Source of the DNA: Rhodosorus marinus CCMP1338
Lineage: Eukaryota > Plantae > Rhodophyta
Assembly: GCA_029953675.1 (NCBI GenBank)
Contig: JAMWBK010000013.1
Location: 372,001 to 436,000, forward strand
Length of the DNA: 64,000 nucleotides
Direction: 5' to 3'
In this document: piece after piece, positions 48,062 through 59,921 of the stretch
Numbering within the stretch: the stretch's first letter is position 1
How the letters are laid out: the number at the start of each line of letters is the position of its first letter
The notes under the pieces: generated by a model
What the model was told of the DNA's origin: nothing
What the model saw: only the letters and a program-made list of their open reading frames with translations
The model's database searches: none
Program-made: the position numbers and the translations under genes

Positions 48062-49610
48062 ATGGAAGCGGTCAATGGTGAAGAGCATGATATGGAGCGC
48101 CGTCTTTCCAAGCTTCTAGAGGAGAGCGTTGTATCGAGACCGCAATCAGAAGAGATCACCTCGAAATGCTGCGGGGGAAAAGGTAAAGACAAGGGCCAAG
48201 GCCAACCTGAGCGTAGCGCAGGTGAGGTAGCCGTTGCAAAGACCAAAGCTTCTTGCTGTAGTGGTGCTACGAATGGTCGCAAATCAGACGACGAGTTGAG
48301 GGAGGATATCAAGGAGTACTATGGGAAAATCATCCAAAAGAAGGAAGATTTGCAGACGAGTGCGTGCTGCACCGAAGAGAAGTTTCCCTCGTACGTGAAG
48401 CCGTTGGCTGGAATGGTGGCGGATGAGGTGAGGGCGAGTCTAACGTAAGGAGTTGGTTGGCCTGTCCTGTTTGACGCTTTCTCCGCTGACACTGTGCCTC
48501 ATGTTTTGTTTCAGGTGGCCAGCAAATTTTTCGGATGCGATTTCTGCGTACCCGATGTTCTGGAGAACACCAGTGTGCTGGATCTGGGATCGGGCTCGGG
48601 CTTCGATTGCTTTATCATCTCCCAGCTCGTTGGGGAAACAGGTCAGGTGGTGGGAGTTGACATGACGGACAGTCAGGTGGAGCTTGCGAACAAATATACT
48701 CAATGGCATGCGGACAGGTTTGGTTTCGAGAAATCCAACGTTACCTTCCACAAAGGCTACATAGAGAAGCTGGATGAAATCGGTCTAGATGACGCTTCCT
48801 TTGATGTAGTTGTGTCCAACTGCGTTCTTAACCTTAGCCCGGATAAGGAGGTAAGTTTTTTGATCAAACCGATGACAGACTGGAGCAGTCTCCGCGGTGT
48901 GGCTCATTGTCTGATGGTTGCGCTGGATATCAGGCTGTGCTGAAGGAGGCGTACAGGGTTCTCCGGACAGGTGGAGAGATGTACTTTTCCGACGTGTACG
49001 CACTCAGGCGAGTCCCTGAAAAGCTCAAAGATGATCCAGTCCTTAGAGGAGAATGCATTAGCGGTGCTCTGTATTGGAACGACTTTATTACTCTTGCACG
49101 CAAGGTCGGGTTTACGGACCCTCGCGTAGTTCAGTCAGAACCGTACATTGTGAACGATTCGGTAAGAGGCCAAGCGAATTGAGACTCCCGTTCCAGTCCA
49201 CAAGAGGGGACGTCTCAAGATGGTTGCCTGCGCATGAAATCCGCAGGATCATGTACTAAATGTGTTCCCGCTCTTGTTCTTTTTTTCACCTCCACAATTA
49301 GCTCAAGGACAAGCTAGACGGTACGACATTCGTCTCAACAACGTTTCGACTTTTCAAGGTCTCAAATCTGGAGGCAACCATTGAGGACTATGGTCAAGCT
49401 GTGAAGTACAAAGGAAAGATATTTTCTGCCCCGTCGCGGCTGGTGTTTGACAGGGACAACATCTTTGAAGCTGGCGCAGTGGTCCCAGTCTCCCGCAATA
49501 CCTTCCGAACGCTGAGAGCGTCTCGGTTCCGCTCGCATTTTGACTTCTACGGATGCTGTTCGAAGAAACACCTTGGGCCTTTTGCACGTTCCCAGCCACT
49601 GACAATCTGA
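48062..49610 (+). CDS. AS3MT: Arsenite S-adenosylmethionine methyltransferase (AS3MT/ArsM), multi-exon
   Basis: IKEYYGK...DLQTSACC, FFGC, VLDLGSGSGFDC, GVDMT, SNVTFHKGYIEKL, SNCVLNLSPDK, YRVL..GGEMYFSDVY, GECISGALYWNDF and GFTDPR are present, including all four catalytic Cys positions. Confidence 0.95.
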
Positions 49611-49616
49611 GCCCAA

Positions 49617-49685
49617 TTCCAGTTTCCCGCGAAAACGATTTCCAATTTCCCGCGAAAACGATTTCCAATTTCCCGCGAAAACGAT
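49617..49685. promoter_or_regulatory. Three tandem 23-bp repeats, each carrying a double E2F-type site (TTTCCCGCGAAA)
   Basis: The unit TTTCCCGCGAAAACGATTTCCAA starts at 49623, 49646 and 49669. It matches TTTSSCGS on both strands and lies ~780 bp upstream of the SMC6 ATG. The repeat itself is certain; the function is inferred. Confidence 0.55.
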
Positions 49686-50465
49686 CCCTCTCTTTCCCCT
49701 TCAATTTCAAAGAAACAGTAGTATAGATATACAATAATAAATAAAACTATCAATCTCTCGTGCTTCGATATAGTCAACCGTAGAACGTTAAATTTCATTC
49801 TATCAATCAATTTTTAATGACTGAATAGATACAGTCTTGCATCTCCAAGAGTGTTTGTACTGAACTTCATTTCTCTCCATATTTCTGGGAATGAGGTCTC
49901 TCTGATTGTGTTCTGTGTGGAGTGGGATTATGATAGAGTGTCGGTTGAGCAGGTAGCGGTGTAGGGGGATGAAAGCCGTCGGTTAGGTTGCCCATATGCT
50001 GTAGTTAAAGTTTGGATGTCCGGTTTTTTGTTTTTGGACGACGAGGGTTGTTGGTTGGGGAGCGGATTCCTCCTTTGCACCGGTTCGGGGGCGCTTGGGT
50101 TTTTTGGTTGTCGAGCGGTCGGAGCAGGACTTCGTGTGGGATCGTTTTGTGCGGCCCCTGCTGTTTACTAAGTCGAATCGCAGAAGGAAAAGACTGGTAG
50201 CTACTGTAGCTCGTCAATGACGGTGCTTGGTTCTCGAGGGTTGGAGTTCCGCTGAGCACGTAGAGGTTTTTCGCGTGGTGTTTGAGATGAAACAAATTAA
50301 CGCGGATTTTTTTAATTAATAATTGGATTTTCTAACTTGCATCCGGGAAAAAAAGGCTTTTTGGTTTGGTGGTTTGCTGAGAGAGTGGTTGAAGGTGTGG
50401 TCTCATTGAGGTGAAAAAGTGGGGTGGGAGGGTATCTAGAGCTTGTATTTTGTTGCTGCAAAGCA

Positions 50466-53400
50466 ATGGCATGTGGAGGGAAGGTTGCTGAGGAGACCAT
50501 AATGGAGGATGTTTCGAATGAGGAAGATGAGGAGTCCACAGGTGAGGTTTCGTGTGGTTGTTGATGGCTTCTTCTGGTTTCCGGGGCTGGACATAATTAA
50601 GCTGAAGCGTACATTCTTGTCCGAATTTTTTCCCCGCGTTTTGTTTTACCGTGGATTTGGGTCTGCTAGGAGTCGAAGACGAATCTGAGGTCTTTGCGGA
50701 TCAGAATGAACATGTTGATTCCCGAAGCGCGTACGAGGCGGATGTGGGAATCTTCGAGAAAATTCGGCTGGAAAATTTTATGAGCCATCACCTTTTCGAA
50801 TTTGTCTTTGGTAGGTCTCGAAAGCCTCAAACTTGTGCTGTCCGAGAGCCTTTCACGAAGACCTTTATCCTTCCGGCTCAAACGCGTTCGGTTTTTCCGC
50901 TTTTGTCAGGTTCCAACGTGAACATCATATGCGGTCAGAATGGTTCAGGAAAGTCTGCTATTATTGCGGCTCTGCAGATTGGGCTTGGTGCCCGTACTTC
51001 GTCGGCTGATCGAGGAAAATCGGTGTCCTCGTACGTCAGGAACGGTGCAACCTTTGGTACAATAAAAATCCAAATCAGAAACCGGAAAGTGGTAGGTTTC
51101 TTTCAGCGCTGCTTGCCTTCGCTATTCCGTCCGGAACATTTTGGTTTATTTTGTTAGTCTACGGCTGAGGAAGCGGTTTGGTGTTGGGTTTGGTACAGGG
51201 AGAAGTCGATAATAGGTACAATCCGCATCTGTACGGGGATGCAATCATTGTCGAACGTAAGCTCGTAAGAACAGGCAGCGGTGGAGGGTGGACATTCCGG
51301 GACCGCAACGACCGCAAAGTGAAGCTAGGAGGAATCGCTCCGAGAGAAGAGCTCACGAGAATTTTGGACCACTTCAACTTGAGAGTATGTGCTCCTCGTA
51401 GACTTGTGTCGAGGCCCAACCACGCAGAGCACTTTGCTAAAACCACTCCCGGAACATTCTCTGGATGCCAGGTTGAAAATCCAATCGCTGTTCTTACTCA
51501 ACAGAAGAGCAAACAATTCCTGTCCTCCGGTAAGGACACGGATAGGTACAAGTTCTTCATGGAGGCTACTGGACTGCAGCAAGTGCGTTCCCACCATCGT
51601 CGGTTTCGAGTTATCGTCTTCGCCTTCGTGGGGATGGAAACGTTTTTGTGAGAGTTTGACATTGACGCGAATCTGGTCTCTGACGCTAACCCCCTTTTTT
51701 TTATATCCGGCAGGTTAAATCCGAACTCATCGCCATCGCACGGGTGAAGACTGAGATCTCACAGATTCTGGATAAGAAGAAGTCGTTTGTGGAGGATATT
51801 GAGAAAGGGTTGGCCGTGCTCAAGAAACGGTATGATGTCGCGCAGGAGATGAGTACCCTTGAGGGAAGAATCGAGGAGCTCGAGTCTCTCTGGGCCTGGA
51901 CTTTAGTTGCGGAAGAAGAGGATACTCTGGAGAAATACAAGGAACAAGTGAAGGTCTTCGAAGAGAGAATTCAGGAGCATCAAAACAATGCTGAGATCTG
52001 TGAACAAGAAGTCCAGGTCCGATTGACCGCAGGCAACTAATTTTCGCCTTCTCAATTGAGTTTTCTACCGCCTTACCTACTCGTCCTCGGACTTTTTTTT
52101 GCTCCACAGAGGTCCAGAGCCCAGGTGGACAGCCTGAACGAGGAAATAAACACCGCTACACAAAAAATACGAGCCCAAACTCAAAAAGTGAACAGTACCA
52201 GGACGGAGTTGAGGAGTCTCAAGCAGCAAATCAGCATCCAGGGAAAAGAGAAGAATGCGTGTGACTCGGCTATTAGGGATGCCGCGCGAAGAGCATCCAA
52301 ACTCGAGGATGACCTGCGCGCTGCACGCGCCAAACACGAGCAAGGGTAATTAGAAAGCCGCCGCATCGATCATCCAGTGCTGAGATTTGATGCTCAACGT
52401 GGCCTCTCTTGAAATGGATTCAAACAGAAACTCTGCCCTGGACGATATCGAGAAGGATCTGGAGGAAAAACAAGCAGAGAAGCGAAGGTCTGAGGCAAAT
52501 GTTGAAGCATTGGAGGCTGAACTGGGTAAACTCGTGGAACAACTGCACAGAGTTCGGGATGACATGCAAGGAGTGGATCGAGAAAGCCAAAAATGCAAAA
52601 TCCATGAAGAGTAGGGTCATCGCCTCCAGATAGCGGAAAGCTGTGCCACTTTAGTCCCATATTTCTAACCTGGTTCCTTGGTTTTATCCCGGTCCCTGCA
52701 TTCTGCTCATAGTCGCGCCAGATCCGAGGCGCAGCAGTACCAGAAATCCCAGGGCAACAGCCTTTCCAAGTGGGGCCGACACATACCGGAGCTTCAAAAC
52801 AGAATTGACAAGGTACGACGTCGATGGTTTGGCTTGTTCACCTCGCCCAGAAACGCGAAACCGAAGAGTCCGCCACGGATCAGCAGTGGTGTGAAGAAAG
52901 CCTCGCCTTGAAGTACTGACATCGATTTGTGCGACTTTCTTAGGCCTTTGCCGAGGGGAAGTTCAAGAAGAAGCCCATAGGACCTGTAGGAGCGTACGTC
53001 AACGTGAAAGAAGAAGAGTGGGCACGAGCAATACAGCACTGCCTCGGCTCTACATTGTCAGCGTACTTGGTTGACAACAGCCACGATCAAGGGGTAACCG
53101 TTGGCAAAGAGCAACTACGATACCGATGGCGTACGTGACCCCAGACTCTAATTTTACATGTATGTTGATCTTCGTTGATCCCCAGGTTCTGCGCAAGCTT
53201 GTGCCCCAGAGAAGCTACCAAGCGATCATCCAGACTCAATTCGATTCTCGTTACCATATTCCAAGGAGTGCCACGGCTCCGCACGGGTAATCTACGTTCA
53301 GTGTGCAGCTTCTCTTCTCATTACGAAGGCTATCGATTAACCAGAACTCTCATTGTCGTACACCTCGTAGGCTCTACGCGGTCATGGATGCCATCACCGT

Positions 53401-55798
53401 TTCTGAGGATCCCGTTTTCAACGTCTTGGTCGACCAAGGAGAAATCGAGAAGCAAATTCTGGTTAAGTCTCCTTCTGAAGCTACCATGTACACAGAGCGC
53501 GAGCATCCGAACATCCGGAAATGTTGGCTACCGGATGGCTCACAGATGTATACCAGGAATTCAGCAGCCGTAAGTACTGGGGCCAACTTAGTTGCATGAG
53601 TGCTCATCCCACATCCTGCACTGTTGTTGGAGAGGCCGGACGGTTTTGCAGGAATATCATTTGGTCAACAGTTTTTCACAAGCGCCCACTCATGTCACTT
53701 GCACAGGTCTATCGGAGCGGTGAGAGGCACCTGCCCGTGTTGCTTGCACAGGACATGACGGATCAGATTAATGCCTTACTATCTCGAGCAGAAGATCTTG
53801 CCCGGGAAGGGAACGAGGTACAAAAACACGGTTCAAGTTAGTGCTCGTTGGAACTGCTCGTAGTTGGGCTGAAACCATCAAAACCTTCTCTACGAAAATC
53901 AGCTTCGTGCGAGGAAGTCGTCTATTCAACGAGAAAGAGATGAACTCTCGCAGAAAGAGTTGACCCTGACTCGAGGGAGTCGGGACACTCGCAAACGCAT
54001 ATCGCAACTGGACTTTGACATTAGCCGGCTTCAGAGTGCTATCGAGGAGCGGGCGTCAGAGTAAGAATGCGAAGAATATATGGACCCCACTCGAGCGCTG
54101 CCATAGTGCTGTGTTGTGTGTTGTCCGGTACGGGCTCTCGGTTTTCTCAGTCTTCGACTTCGCCCTGTCCAGGTTCGACTCTAGTTCGTGGGATGCGCAG
54201 ATCGCGCAGACTCGAGAGGACACAGAAGAGCAGAAACGGAAGAAGGAAGACATGGCCAAGAAAATTGACGACTTGAAGGAGGCGATGTCTGAGGTAGAGT
54301 CTTGGCATTCAATCTTTGTTTTCGCCGCAAAACAAAAAAAAAATTCTCGTGGAGAGTATTGAAACGCATGTCTTGACAATGCTCTTCGCTTCCCACCATC
54401 GTGTATTCCAGACAAACCACACCCTGGATAATGATAAGGACCTTCTTGAAAACCTCGGCGGCGAGCTGGAGGATCTAAAGAAGAACTTGGATGAATCCTC
54501 GGACGCGTACCGAAAAGCTGTGGCTTCTTCGTCCCAGGGCAAGGCAAGGATGGAGAAACTAAAGACAATGAAGGAGGATGCAATGCAGGCGCTGCAGAAC
54601 TTCGAGGAAAAGCTGCAAAAGGTAAATGATGTGAACGTTCAGCAGAGTACAAAGCCGGCTTTCCCTCTGAACTGTTTCGGATGCGATTTCAGGAAATTGA
54701 CAGCGCGATGCAGCTTGCTCCGGAGCGCATTTACCGCGGACAGAAAAACTCTTCCCAGTTAGAGTCAGATATTAAGAAGCTCAAAGCAAAGTAGGAATAT
54801 TTCCTTGAGACCTGTCTGTTTGTGCTTCAGCTCGATGCCTAATACGAATTCTGCTGATATGACAGATTGCGAGGTGAACAAGAGAGGCACGCTGGCCGAT
54901 CTCTGCTGGAGATCGAGAAGGAATACATAGAGGCCAAGCAGAGGAAGGCAAAGAACGATCACGACCTTAGGAAAATGGACGAGCATCTCCGCCGTGTGCA
55001 TACTGGGTACTCGGCGCGGAAGAAAAAGTATCTTCGAATGAGACATCAGACGAAGGTCGAGACGAACGTGCACTTCAAGTACTTCATGGCAAAGCGGAGA
55101 CATATGGGAGAGCTAATTTTCGATGACAAAGGTGGAGAAAACGGTGGTAAGAACTTGGCAGCCTGTGAGCAATCTACTCAAATCTGTGCTTGCCTTACCT
55201 TTCAATCTTCCTGTGTTCACATTTGCAGAGGGAACCCTGCGTCTGAACGTCGCAATGTCCAACCACAAGAAGAAGGACGGCGGCAGGTACCGGACAGGCG
55301 AAATGACAGGCCTATCTGGAGGAGAGAGGAACTACACAACGTTTTGCTTTATGCTTGCACTAGGTGAATCAATCAATGTCCCGGTTCGAATAATGGTAGG
55401 AACCAGAAACAGACCACAGACCCTTTCCGAGCACATGACTTGCGCCAGACTGAGGTTCTAACGAGGACTATGTGCTGTTCTCTTGTAGGACGAGTTTGAT
55501 GTGTTTATGGATGCCCAGAACAGAAGAAGCTGTTACGAAACCTTGATAGATGTGTCCAAGGATATGCCAGGACGACAGTTCGTTTTCGTCTCCCCTCTCG
55601 AGCTCCCAAACGTGCAGGCTAGCCTGCGAGTGAAAATTCAGAAACTGGCACCGCCTGGTACGTAGCGACGGAGGTTTGCATTTTCAATTGCTTTGATTAC
55701 AAATTGACCGGTTCTTGCCGGATTCTTTTCGCGTTTGTACAGAACGCCCAGGCGTGAGACAGCAGTACCTGGAGGAATTCGTGAATGTCAGCACGTGA
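50466..55798 (+). CDS. SMC6: Structural maintenance of chromosomes protein 6, highly intron-rich
   Basis: IRLENFMSH, Walker A GQNGSGKSAI, QVENP..VLTQ..SK.FL, coiled coils, hinge PIGPVGAYV, VLVDQ.EIEK.ILV, signature LSGGER and D-loop DEFDVFMD (SMC6 type; SMC5 has DEINQGMD). The final exon is ERPGVRQQYLEEFVNVST*. Confidence 0.93.
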
Positions 55799-56118
55799 AG
55801 CTCTGCAAAAGAAGAAACCAGCCAATCCTTCCTGTGCTATGCCAGACAAGAGGGGCGTTCGATTTTTCCGACGTTGATGGCTTCAGACGAATTTGTTTTA
55901 ATCCAATCGTTCTTCCGATGAAATTATATATTTTTCTTAAAGTTTATCACCTTGTATCTTATCCACAGCCCAGAAAAAACTCAACACGCTGACACTCTCA
56001 ACAGTGCTGGTTTCCACGCTGATTTGCGCAAGCGGGAGACGGGAACGTCGACGATTCCTAGGGGGAGCAGCAAGATCAAGGTTATATTTTGATCATCACA
56101 GCCCCGGCCACTCACGAT

Positions 56119-59100
56119 CTAGAGCTCCTCGTCCCCCACCGTTGCTTCTTCAACATCGTCGCCTTCGTTAGCGTCCTCATCAAGGTCTTCATCAAAATCT
56201 TCGCCAATATCTTCGTATTCGTAGTAGTATTCATCATCTGATGACTCCTCCTCATCCAATGCTTCAAAGGGAATATCTTCGTCAAGCACCATCTTTTCAG
56301 TGGTGTCAATCATAGCTTGCAGGTCATCCGAAAGCTCTAGGGGTGATGATTCCGCAGATGGCTGAAAACAACACGGATTGAAAGACTAAGCGAACGAAAT
56401 CGAAATATACCTGGAGTGATCAATTTCGTACCATGCTGACCAAAACCTTTTCTAGGCTCGACCTCTCGAATGATATGTCCCCTTCGAAGAGAACCTGACC
56501 ATTTTTAAAACCAAAAAAGAGGCAGGCGTAACGCGTGAATATAAGATACGTGCACATGGAGGGCGTTGTTCATGCTACTCACATTCTCAAACTTAACGTC
56601 TTTGCCGCCCTTTGTAAAGTCCCAGGAGACGGAGTCCTTGAAAGTACACTGTCATGAAGCACGCAATCATAGAAAGAAGTAAAGTTAGGCAGGAACCCAT
56701 TGCATACGTGTACGCGAACAACCTACGTCAACAAATCTAACTGCTGTCAAAGTTGCTCCACCAAAGTTGACTTTGCCGACGAACGTAACCTGATAATCAA
56801 AGAAGAATTGAACAGTGAACCGTCTAGCTACGAAAACGAGGGAAGCAAAACCAGGCTCCAGGCTGAAGCAAAAAGTTGTACCATGAGAAACTGCGTACCT
56901 TGCTGAACGTGACTTTGTGCAGATTAGCGCGATCGAAGCAAGCTTCGCCCATGAACACCGTCTGCGAATTGACGAGGTAAATATTAGATGAATTTAAGCA
57001 TTAATGACAGAAGCATCCCCCCACCTCAGCCACGGTCACTTCTTGAATTTTCGCCCTGCAAAACCGTGAATTGTCTCCGACGACAACTGTAGTTAGAATC
57101 ATCCGGCTCAGTTTGGAATCCATTGCTACTACACCACCTTTCACAGATACCTGAAACAAAATTATCACATTGTCAGGTGCCGAGAATCCATAAGTTTATA
57201 CCCAAACCCCTGACTCTAGTCTGAGTTTATGCTACCAGCTTCCATTCTTGAGACTTACTTCGCTTAGAGCAGTCTTCCAAATCGAAGAAGAGCTCAACAC
57301 CAAGTCTTCCAATATTGTTAGCTGGGCGACGTCAAAGTAGATACAGAGTCAGATGCATATCCCACATTCTACAGTCAAGTGCTGCTTGAAAAAATTTTTT
57401 CGCGGATGTCCTACGGAATCAAAGGAGCATTCCCCAATTCTGGAAGTGGGCGCCAGCAATGAACCGTACACTTGGACGTCGCTAACGCGAAGCTGCAGCG
57501 CTTTCATTTTTCTCGATATTAGTCCCTCCCCCAAGGCGACCTGAGAATTCAAAGGAGTTTGAATTAAATCAGGGTGCGTAGGGAAATACACCCCAGAAAA
57601 CGGCTGGGGGCAGGACCCTCTCACCCTATTGATAGAACCCTTTCGCAAGAATATGTTTTCAAGGTACACGGAACCTGCCACCAGCAACTGCAAAGAAAAA
57701 GAGAAGCTTAACATTTGTCTTGTTCAACAATGGTGAGGCGCATCGGCAGCCTGCCTACCTCGGTGAAGGAGAACTTATCGAGACGAGCTACAGACTCAAT
57801 AGAGACTGATGCAGCAACTGAAACCTGTACGGGCCAATGGAGACAGTCTGGTAAGTCCACGAGCAGTAACTAGTAATCTAGTGCCTTGGCCAACCTTTTG
57901 GAATTCGACACGGCTGGCCTTAAAAGATGTAGCTAGCAAGCGTCCGACGATCTCCACCTGTTTTGCACATGCCTCATCGTTAGATGAACCAGTACACAAT
58001 CATCTATTCTGTGCAACATGCCGCATGTATCTACCTGTGAGACCTTGCTCTTGTGCATTCGACTATTCTCAATAACAACCTCGCTGTTAACGGTGATCTG
58101 GACGAACAAAAGATCCAAAGTTTGAACCAGCTCGGTGAAGCTGTCTGTGGGCTTGTAATGCGCAATCACTTACGTTCGATGCGGATGACTCCTTCATGAA
58201 CGGCTTCTCCAATCGCAGTGAGAGTTCCACTTTCAACTTCGTAAGAGCAACACAGACGAGATGATTAGTCAGAGTTGTTCAAGTTGTGTCCTGAGCGAAG
58301 CACGAAACTCCAAGTTGAGCACGCGGATGGCTTACGTTCTCTACGACTGCCTTTCTGAACGTCGGCGAAGCGAGTTTAAGCAGTCCACCAACAAATATCT
58401 ATGATACACCAGAGCCACAATACTAGCATAAGCTCAAAAGCAGTAAGCAATATTTCAAAAACACCGTACCTCAGAGATTGAGACGCGTTTGAAGAACGGC
58501 TTCTGGATCACCACGGTCCTGTTCATGTGCACCTATTGCAGATAGCGATTCTATGAGCTGGTGCGATGACTTCGATCCCCTAAATAAACTCATTTCCTTT
58601 GTATCACCAACAGGGAATGAACCCAGTACTGCCTCATCCACATATTCAAGAGCTGGTCGTGTACGTACCATGCCAATCAAGCTATTCATGGCTCTCATGT
58701 TTTCGAGGCTCAAGAATGCCGGAAACTTGATCTACAGATTCCCGGCAATAAAGAAAAGTGACAAAAGTGGACCAGTACACAGGTTAGCTATTTTGGAACC
58801 CAGCGAATCACTGCAGTCAAAATTCGAGTGAACTTCTCACATTTCTAGCGATTGAGCCTACTAGCTGAAGCGCATTCATGCGTGAAGGTCCCCCAAAGCT
58901 AATCTACGTAATCGCAACGAAACTTTCTCGTTAAATGCTTCCCGCGCGAGTTAAGCTTCACCAGTGGAGTCAAGCGAGGGATTAATGCTCGTACCGACGA
59001 AAGAATCGAATTGGAGTAGCTTGCCTTCACCATTGTAGTAACGCCAGTAAAAGTTACCTGGTAGTTCCACAGCACAGACGAGATGTGAGATGCGTGAATG

Positions 59101-59921
59101 ACGTTCATGCACGTTGCTTGCGCTGAGTACACCGCAGATGCTGTTACGTACCTGATCAAAGTAGGAATTCAAGTAGTTCCTGTGTGCGACAGTTGTGCCT
59201 CCTGTGACGTAAGTTACCTGCAACAACGAAGCAGATCCCAGGCGGAAAGTCAGCCTACAAATGCGCAGTGAGGTATCTCTGACAATTCACGGACGCACAT
59301 TCTGCCACATCGTGTGCCTTGTCGGAAAGATACTCCTTTTGCTCTGTCGAGAAGCCTGTCACGTACACACTAGCTCGGTCAGACAGTAGCACAGCCTAGC
59401 ATTTGGGGTAGGCGAAAGGATACAGCGCAACTTACGAGCACGGCCACATCCTCAATTTTTTCTTTGTGCAGACATCTGTATTTGTGGCCATCGCTCATAT
59501 CGAGGTTCTTGTAGGTCGCGTCTGGGTTCATCCATTCAGTTTTGCTCACAATCTGTAAAAACAAGCGGACACCTTTCTTCAGATCTGACGAGAAAAAAGA
59601 AAAGTATGCGTGTCAAGAAAGTAATAGTCTCTACCTTAGGAACGCATGATTTCAGTCCGACGTGAATCAAAAAGCCGCCAAGCGCCACCGAGCCAAGAAA
59701 GATCACCCCAAGGAAAATGGAGAAGACGATGAGGAGCTTCCTAAGACTTCCGGAGGGTTTTCCAGACGCCGCTGGAGGAGAGGTTTCCTGGAGGGTCTAT
59801 TAAGAAAAAAAAAAAAGAAGAGAGAATATCCAAACCATCAGAAGCTGATCCACTTCCGGACAGACCAAAGAAAGAGCTTTCGATTTCCACTGCAGCATAC
59901 CTCGACTACTTGCGTCGCCAT
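56119..59921 (-). CDS. Type II membrane protein with ~20 pentapeptide-type (Rfr) beta-helix coils and an acidic tail; 23 exons, all introns phase 0 (~622 aa)
   Basis: Exons read by hand, all with GT..AG borders: 59921-59901, 59796-59635 (TM), 59552-59436, 59355-59299, 59217-59152, 59057-58995, 58903-58841, 58731-58669, 58532-58470, 58398-58336, 58236-58174, 58097-58035, 57957-57895, 57824-57759, 57687-57625, 57540-57415, 57321-57259, 57150-57025, 56961-56899, 56789-56727, 56648-56583, 56494-56432, 56361-56119. They join into one open frame. Confidence 0.85.

Noticed and set aside
50466-55798. SMC5, Rad50 or a bacterial SMC
   Set aside because: The D-loop DEFDVFMD, the N-terminal motifs and the spliceosomal introns identify eukaryotic SMC6.
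57349-59226. ORF-track products 57349-57714, 57796-57999, 57933-58169, 58471-58713, 58899-59159 and 58951-59226 as separate small genes
   Set aside because: They are read-throughs of exon plus intron sequence belonging to the single 23-exon beta-helix gene.
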